64,000 nt of DNA, from positions 22,690-86,689 of the forward strand of contig CAWJVK010000002.1 in the NCBI GenBank assembly GCA_963846305.1, in the 5' to 3' direction. Source of the DNA: an uncultured Gammaproteobacteria bacterium. GTDB taxonomy: Bacteria > Pseudomonadota > Gammaproteobacteria > Steroidobacterales > Steroidobacteraceae. Below are positions 58,593 to 64,000 of the stretch, piece by piece (within the stretch, counting starts at the first letter, position 1; every line of letters starts with the position of its first letter). Position numbers and translations under genes: made by a program. The notes under the pieces were generated by a model, which worked only from the letters and a program-made list of their open reading frames with translations, was not told the origin of the DNA and searched no databases.

Positions 58593-61004
58593 ATGCGATT
58601 CAAATACATGGCCGCGTTGCCGGTCCTGCTCGCCGTACCCGCCGTGTACGCCCAGGCCAACATGGGCGACTTCACCGTCGGCGAGATCAAGGTCCAGGGC
58701 CTGCAGCGCATCAGCGAAGGCACCGTCTTCAACTACCTGCCGGTCAACATCGGCGACCGGATGGACGCGCAACGCGTCGAGGAATCGCTGCGCGCGCTGT
58801 ACGCGACGGGCTTCTTCAAGGACGTCGAGTTGCGCCGCGACGGCGGGACGCTGATCGTCGTGGTCAAGGAACGGCCCTCGATCGAGAGCTTCACCATCAC
58901 CGGCAACAAGGACATCAAGACGCCGGACCTGGAGAAGTCGCTGCGCAACGTCGGCCTCGCCAAGGGCAAGGTGTTCAACCAGTCCACGCTCGACGAGGTG
59001 GACCGCTTCCTGACCGACCAGTACTACTCGCGCGGCAAGTACGGCGTGAAGGTCGACACCAAAGTCACCGAGATGCCGAACAACCAGGTCAGCATCGCGA
59101 TCGACGTCAAGGAAGGCAAGCGCTCGCGGATCCAGCAGATCAACATCGTCGGCAACGAGGCATTCAGCGAGGACGTGCTTCGCGAGCAGTTCAAGCTCAA
59201 TACGCCGAACTGGCTGTCCTGGTACCGGCAGGACGACAAGTACTCCCGCGAGGAACTGGGCGGCGACATCGAGAGCCTGAAGTCGTACTACCTCGACCGC
59301 GGCTATGCAGACTTCGACGTCGAGACCTCGCAGGTGGCCATCGCGCCCGACAAGGACGACATCTTCATCACGCTGAACGTCCGCGAGGGCGAGGTCTATC
59401 GCGTCTCGGACGTGAAGGTCGCCGGCGACCTGGTGGTGCCGGAGCAGGACCTGATGGCGCTGGTGCAGGTGCGCCGCGGGGACATCTACTCGCGCAAGTA
59501 CATCACCGCGACCACCGAGCTGATGGCGCTGCGGCTTGGCCAGGACGGTTATGCGTTCGCCAAGATCGACCCGGTGCCGCAGGAGAACCCCGAGACCAAG
59601 GAAATCGCGATCACCTTCCTGGTGCAGCCGGGCAGTCGCGCCTACGTCCGGCACATCAACTTCGAGGGTACGACCGGCATCAACGACGACGTGCTGCGCC
59701 GGGAAATGCGCCAGATGGAGGGCGGCTACCTGTCGAATGCGGCGATCGAGCGCTCCAAGCAGCGCCTGCAACGGCTGCCATTCATCGAGAAGGTCGATGT
59801 CGAGACGACACCGGTGCCCGGCACGCCGGACCTGGTGGACGTCGATTTCCAGGTCAAGGAGGGGCTGCCGGGGCAGTTCAGCGGCGGCATCGGCTACTCG
59901 CAGTCGCAGTCGGTGATGCTGAACGGCAGCTTCGTGCACAGCAACTTCCTCGGCACCGGGAACCGCGTCGCGGCGGAACTGAACGCCGGCCAGTACAGCC
60001 AGGTGTACAGCATCTCGCACACCGATCCCTACGTGACGGTGGACGGAGTGTCGCGCACGGTCTCGGTCAGCTACCGGAAGTACAGCCAGTTCACCAGTTC
60101 CTCGTCGCAGTTCGACACCTCGACCGGGGCGATCGGCGTGGATTACGGCTGGCCGCTGTCGGAGTTCCAGTCGATGCGCGCGGGTGTCGCCGCCCAGCGC
60201 TCCGACCTGTTCACCGACCCGAACCAGAGCGCGCTGCAGTCGCTGCAGTGGGTGCGCAACAACGGCAACCCCTACACGCGCAGGTCCAACGTCGGTATCC
60301 CGCCGATCGAGTACACGTACTTCGGGACCAAGTTCGACACCTTCCCGCTGTCGGTCGGCTGGGGGTACGATTCGCGAAACCGGGCCATCTTCGCCAATCG
60401 CGGCGCGCGCCACCTGCTCAACGCCACCTACGCCGTTCCCGGCAGCGACGTTGAGTTCTATGCGTTGACCTACGACTACCTGCAGTTCCTGCCGCTGACC
60501 CGCTGGTTCACGCTGATGAACAATTTCGAGGCGGGGTATGCGGCGCCGCTCGGATCGACCACCGCGATCCCGCCGTACCGCAATTACTTCGCCGGCGGCG
60601 CCGAGAGCGTGCGTGGCTACCGGGCCAGCACGCTCGGGCCACGGGACACCTTCGGCAACCCCTACGGCGGCAACATCAAGCTGACGAACCAGTTCGAGCT
60701 GCTGTTGCCGATGCCAGAGAAGTTCACCGGGTCGGCCCGCGCCAGCCTGTTCTTCGACGGTGGCTACGTGTTTTCCAACGACGACGTGCCGTTCTTTGCC
60801 CCGGACAACATCACTCCGGTGGAATACAAGTTCAGTTTTGATAAACTGCGCTATTCGACCGGCGTGGCCGTCCAGTGGCTGGCTCCGATGGGCGTGTTCC
60901 GTTTCAGCTACGCCTTCGCGTTGAACGCCCAGAAGCAGATCTACAATGAGCAGTACAAGGACGAGACCGAAGGTTTCCAGTTTTCCATCGGACAGGCTTT
61001 TTGA
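58593..61004 (+). CDS. bamA: outer-membrane protein assembly factor BamA
   Basis: 803 aa. POTRA repeats (IKVQGLQRISEGTVFNYL...) and a C-terminal barrel ending in FQFSIGQAF. Confidence 0.95.
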   Translation: MRFKYMAALPVLLAVPAVYAQANMGDFTVGEIKVQGLQRISEGTVFNYLPVNIGDRMDAQRVEESLRALYATGFFKDVELRRDGGTLIVVVKERPSIESFTITGNKDIKTPDLEKSLRNVGLAKGKVFNQSTLDEVDRFLTDQYYSRGKYGVKVDTKVTEMPNNQVSIAIDVKEGKRSRIQQINIVGNEAFSEDVLREQFKLNTPNWLSWYRQDDKYSREELGGDIESLKSYYLDRGYADFDVETSQVAIAPDKDDIFITLNVREGEVYRVSDVKVAGDLVVPEQDLMALVQVRRGDIYSRKYITATTELMALRLGQDGYAFAKIDPVPQENPETKEIAITFLVQPGSRAYVRHINFEGTTGINDDVLRREMRQMEGGYLSNAAIERSKQRLQRLPFIEKVDVETTPVPGTPDLVDVDFQVKEGLPGQFSGGIGYSQSQSVMLNGSFVHSNFLGTGNRVAAELNAGQYSQVYSISHTDPYVTVDGVSRTVSVSYRKYSQFTSSSSQFDTSTGAIGVDYGWPLSEFQSMRAGVAAQRSDLFTDPNQSALQSLQWVRNNGNPYTRRSNVGIPPIEYTYFGTKFDTFPLSVGWGYDSRNRAIFANRGARHLLNATYAVPGSDVEFYALTYDYLQFLPLTRWFTLMNNFEAGYAAPLGSTTAIPPYRNYFAGGAESVRGYRASTLGPRDTFGNPYGGNIKLTNQFELLLPMPEKFTGSARASLFFDGGYVFSNDDVPFFAPDNITPVEYKFSFDKLRYSTGVAVQWLAPMGVFRFSYAFALNAQKQIYNEQYKDETEGFQFSIGQAF

Positions 61005-61017
61005 GGTTCACGGCTCC

Positions 61018-61545
61018 ATGACAATCAAGACAGCGACCCTTGCCCTGGTAATGATCGCCGCAAGCGCCGCGCCCTTCGGGGCCGCCATGGCGGAGACCAA
61101 GGTGGGGGTGGTCAACGTGACGCGGCTCCTGCAGGAGTCGCCCCAGGCGCAGGCTGCCTCGCAGGCGCTGGAAACCGAGTTCGCCGGCCGGCGCCGTGAA
61201 CTCGAGAGCGCACAGAAAGACCTGAAGGCGAAGGAAGACAAGCTGCAGAAGGACGGCGCCGTGATGGCGGCCAACGAGCGCGCCAACGCCGAGAAGACGC
61301 TGCGCGACGGGCAGCGCGAGCTTGCGCGCAAGCAGAACGAATTCATGGAAGACCTGAACGTGCGCCGCAACGAGGCGCTCGGGCAGCTGCAGCGCAGCGT
61401 GCTGCAGGAAGTCCAGGCCTACGCGAAGACGGCCGGACTCGACGTGGTCGTCGCCGATGCACTGTACGCGAGCCCCTCGGTGGACATCACCAACCAGGTG
61501 CTTGCCGCGCTGCAGGCGCGCAAGGGCGCCCCGGGCAAGCCCTGA
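61018..61545 (+). CDS. skp: periplasmic chaperone Skp (OmpH)
   Basis: Signal peptide followed by KVGVVNVTRLLQESPQAQAA... coiled-coil arms. Confidence 0.9.
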   Translation: MTIKTATLALVMIAASAAPFGAAMAETKVGVVNVTRLLQESPQAQAASQALETEFAGRRRELESAQKDLKAKEDKLQKDGAVMAANERANAEKTLRDGQRELARKQNEFMEDLNVRRNEALGQLQRSVLQEVQAYAKTAGLDVVVADALYASPSVDITNQVLAALQARKGAPGKP

Positions 61546-61567
61546 GGCCGGAGCAGGGGGCGCGGGC

Positions 61568-62608
61568 ATGCCAGCGCGGCTCGCCGACCTGGCAGTCCGC
61601 TTCGGCTGCGAGCTGCGCGGCGACCCCGATGCCCTCGTAGAGCGCGTCGCGCCGCTGCAGGACGCTGGTCCCGGCTCGATCTCGTTCCTCGCCAACCCGC
61701 GCTACCGCCGCCACCTCGCGCACACGCGGGCGACTGCGGTCGTCATCGACGCCGCGTCCGCGGCGGAGTGTCCGGGCAACGTGCTGGTGGCGAAGAACCC
61801 GTACGCCGCCTACGCCCGCATTGCCCAGCTGCTGTATCCCGAGCAGGCCGTCGAGGGCGGGCGCCATCCGACTGCCATCGTCGAACCGGGTGCCGAGGTC
61901 GACGAAACCGCCCGGGTCGGTCCCAACGCGTACATCGCACGCGGCGCGCGCGTGGGCCGGCGCGTGGACGTGGGCCCGGGGTCGGTCGTGCTCGGGGGCG
62001 TCGAGATCGGCGATGATTCCCGGCTGGTGGCGCGTGTCACGCTGTGCAGGGACGTGCGCATCGGGGAACGCTGCATACTGCAGCCAGGCTGCGTGATCGG
62101 CGCGGACGGGTTCGGCCACGCCCGGGACAGCGGCGGCTACGTCAAGGTGCCCCAGGTCGGCGCCGTGATCATCGGCAACGACGTCGAGGTGGGGAGCAAT
62201 TCCACGATCGACTGCGGCGCGATCGGAAACACGGTGATCGAGGACGGTGTCAAGATCGACAACCTGGTGCAGGTCGGCCACAACGTCCGGATCGGCGCGC
62301 ACACCGTGATCGCGGCCTGTGTCGGCATCTCGGGCAGCACCACGATCGGGCAGCGGTGCATGCTCGGCGGCATGGTCGGCGTCGCGGGCCACCTCGATAT
62401 CTGCGACGATGTGGCGTTCACCGGCCGCACGACGGTGTTCAAGTCGATCAGCAAGCCCGGCGTGTATTCCAGTTCCTTGTGGGCCGACGAGGCGAAGCGC
62501 TTTCACCGCAACGCGTTGCGGTTCGGCAGGCTCGAGGAACTCGCGCGCCGGGTGCGCCGCCTCGAGGGCGGCAATGACGCCAGCACGGGGGACGACGAGC
62601 ATGACTGA
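61568..62608 (+). CDS. lpxD: UDP-3-O-acylglucosamine N-acyltransferase
   Basis: MPARLADLAVRFG..., followed by extended hexapeptide repeats. Confidence 0.95.
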   Translation: MPARLADLAVRFGCELRGDPDALVERVAPLQDAGPGSISFLANPRYRRHLAHTRATAVVIDAASAAECPGNVLVAKNPYAAYARIAQLLYPEQAVEGGRHPTAIVEPGAEVDETARVGPNAYIARGARVGRRVDVGPGSVVLGGVEIGDDSRLVARVTLCRDVRIGERCILQPGCVIGADGFGHARDSGGYVKVPQVGAVIIGNDVEVGSNSTIDCGAIGNTVIEDGVKIDNLVQVGHNVRIGAHTVIAACVGISGSTTIGQRCMLGGMVGVAGHLDICDDVAFTGRTTVFKSISKPGVYSSSLWADEAKRFHRNALRFGRLEELARRVRRLEGGNDASTGDDEHD

Positions 62609-63047
62609 GACCAGCGGATTCGGCCTCGACGAAGTGATGCGGCGCCTGCCGCACCGTTATCCGTTCCTGCTGGTGGACCGGGTCCTGGAATGCGTGTCCG
62701 GCGAGCGGATCGTCGCGTTGAAGAACGTCACGATGAACGAGGAGTTCTTCGTCGGGCATTTCCCGGGGCGCCCGGTGATGCCCGGCGTGCTGATCCTCGA
62801 GGCGATGGCGCAGGCGGCCGGCATCCTCACGTTCTTCACGGCCGGCGTATACCCGGACGAGTCCATCCATTTCTATTTCGCGGGCATCGACAAGGCCCGG
62901 TTCCGGCGGCCCGTGGTCCCCGGCGACCAGGTGATGCTGACCGCGATCCTGGAGCGCAAGATCCGCGCGATCTGGAAATACTCGACGTCGGCCACGGTGG
63001 ACGGTGTCGAGGTCGCGCGCGCCGAGATGCTGGTCCACTCGGGCTGA
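62601..63047 (+). CDS. fabZ: 3-hydroxyacyl-ACP dehydratase FabZ
   Basis: LPHRYPFLLVDRV, FFVGHFPGRPVMPGVLILEAMAQ. 8-nt overlap with lpxD. Confidence 0.95.
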   Translation: MTETSGFGLDEVMRRLPHRYPFLLVDRVLECVSGERIVALKNVTMNEEFFVGHFPGRPVMPGVLILEAMAQAAGILTFFTAGVYPDESIHFYFAGIDKARFRRPVVPGDQVMLTAILERKIRAIWKYSTSATVDGVEVARAEMLVHSG

Positions 63048-63053
63048 GCAGCG

Positions 63054-63857
63054 ATGACAGCGAGTGAACTACCGCGAATGACGGCCTCGATTCACCCGAC
63101 GGCGGTGATTGCCGCGGATGCCGAACTCGCGCCCGACGTCGCGGTCGGCGCGTACAGCGTGATCGGCCCGGGCGTCAGCATCGGGCGCGGCACGATCGTA
63201 GGGCCGCACGTCGTGATCGAGGGATCGACCCGCATCGGCGAAGGCAACCACATCTTCCAGTTCGCCTCGGTCGGCGCCGACCCGCAGGACATGAAGTATC
63301 GCGGCGAGGCGACGCGGCTCGAGATCGGCGACCGCAACACGATCCGCGAGTGCGTGACGATCCACCGTGGAACGGCGCAGGACCAGGGCATCACGCGCAT
63401 CGGCGACGACAACCTGTTCATGGCCTGCACCCACGTCGCGCATGACTGCGTCGTCGGCAGCCACTGCGTGCTTGCGAACCACGCGTCGCTGGCAGGCCAC
63501 GTGCACCTCGCGGACTGGGTCATCCTCGGCGGCTTCTCCGGCGTGCACCAGTTCGTCCAGGTCGGCGCGCACGCGTTCATTGCCAACAACGCGGCCGTGA
63601 CGCTCGACGTCCCGCCGTACGTGATGGCGGTCGGGCAGCCGGCGGCTGCGCACAGCGTCAATTCCGAGGGGCTGAAGCGCCGCGGGTTCGGGCCCGGGCA
63701 GGTGCGCAATATCCGTGCCGCGTTCAAGCTGCTGTACCGCTCCGGGCTGAAACTCAGCGAGGCTTCCGAGCGTCTCGCGGCACTGGCCGAGGAGCAGCCG
63801 GAGTTGCGCGCGCTGGCGGAATTCCTGCCGCGGGCCACGCGCGGCATCGTGCGCTGA
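63054..63857 (+). CDS. lpxA: acyl-ACP--UDP-GlcNAc O-acyltransferase
   Basis: IHPTAVI..., hexapeptide repeats, GLKRRGF. Confidence 0.95.
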   Translation: MTASELPRMTASIHPTAVIAADAELAPDVAVGAYSVIGPGVSIGRGTIVGPHVVIEGSTRIGEGNHIFQFASVGADPQDMKYRGEATRLEIGDRNTIRECVTIHRGTAQDQGITRIGDDNLFMACTHVAHDCVVGSHCVLANHASLAGHVHLADWVILGGFSGVHQFVQVGAHAFIANNAAVTLDVPPYVMAVGQPAAAHSVNSEGLKRRGFGPGQVRNIRAAFKLLYRSGLKLSEASERLAALAEEQPELRALAEFLPRATRGIVR

Positions 63858-63873
63858 GCGGGGTCGCCGGCTC

Positions 63874-64000
63874 GTGAATGCGGCGGCACAGGCGGGATCG
63901 TTCGGGCTCGTCGCCGGCGAGGCGTCGGGCGACAATCTCGGCGCGTCCCTGGTGGAGGCGCTCGCTGGTCGGGCGCCGGGCTCGCGGTTCTACGGCATCG
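63874..64000 (+). CDS. lpxB: lipid-A-disaccharide synthase, 5' fragment (runs off the window)
   Basis: GTG 63874. FGLVAGEASGDNLGASLVEAL... is the typical LpxB N-terminus. Confidence 0.8.
   Translation, partial: MNAAAQAGSFGLVAGEASGDNLGASLVEALAGRAPGSRFYGI

Overview
GC-rich proteobacterial chromosome segment. The gene order (dapD-glnD-map / rpsB-tsf-pyrH-frr-uppS-cdsA-dxr-rseP-bamA-skp-lpxD-fabZ-lpxA-lpxB) suggests a Xanthomonadales/Nevskiales-like gammaproteobacterium; this is a guess from synteny and composition only. Layout: (i) 1-10.4 kb is the tail of a PEP-CTERM/exosortase-type exopolysaccharide locus. It holds a sulfotransferase, three FemAB/CelD-like acyltransferases, a Cys-less AsnB-like amidotransferase, two PEP-CTERM cargo genes each behind a sigma-54 promoter, and two FN3-domain secreted proteins. 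(ii) 10.4-15.7 kb is a GlrK/QseE - lipoprotein - GlrR/QseF-like locus. Its regulator has a degenerate AAA+ core, and an antisense vapBC module splits the locus. (iii) 15.7-31 kb holds housekeeping and signalling genes (galE, typA, purU, PAS-GGDEF-EAL, dusA, cyclase-FHA, pckG). They are interspersed with eight loci of a 29-bp perfect palindrome (AATAAATAGGTGCCWGGCACCTATTTATT) and one REP-associated tyrosine transposase (RAYT) gene bracketed by that palindrome. (iv) 31-46.6 kb holds phasin, yoaA, tsaB and a nearly complete Pho regulon: phoBR, porin, phoU, pstSCAB-phoU and three Pho boxes. (v) 46.6-64 kb is a conserved core cluster, in which uppS carries a 1-nt frameshift. I found no rRNA, tRNA or CRISPR array by eye. 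The best candidates for something new are three. First, the REP/RAYT system, whose copies sit exactly on stop codons. Second, the shared UAS-IHF-sigma54 architecture in front of both PEP-CTERM genes. Third, the GAFTGA-less GlrR-like regulator. All coordinates include stop codons. Start codons were chosen by eye and several are uncertain.
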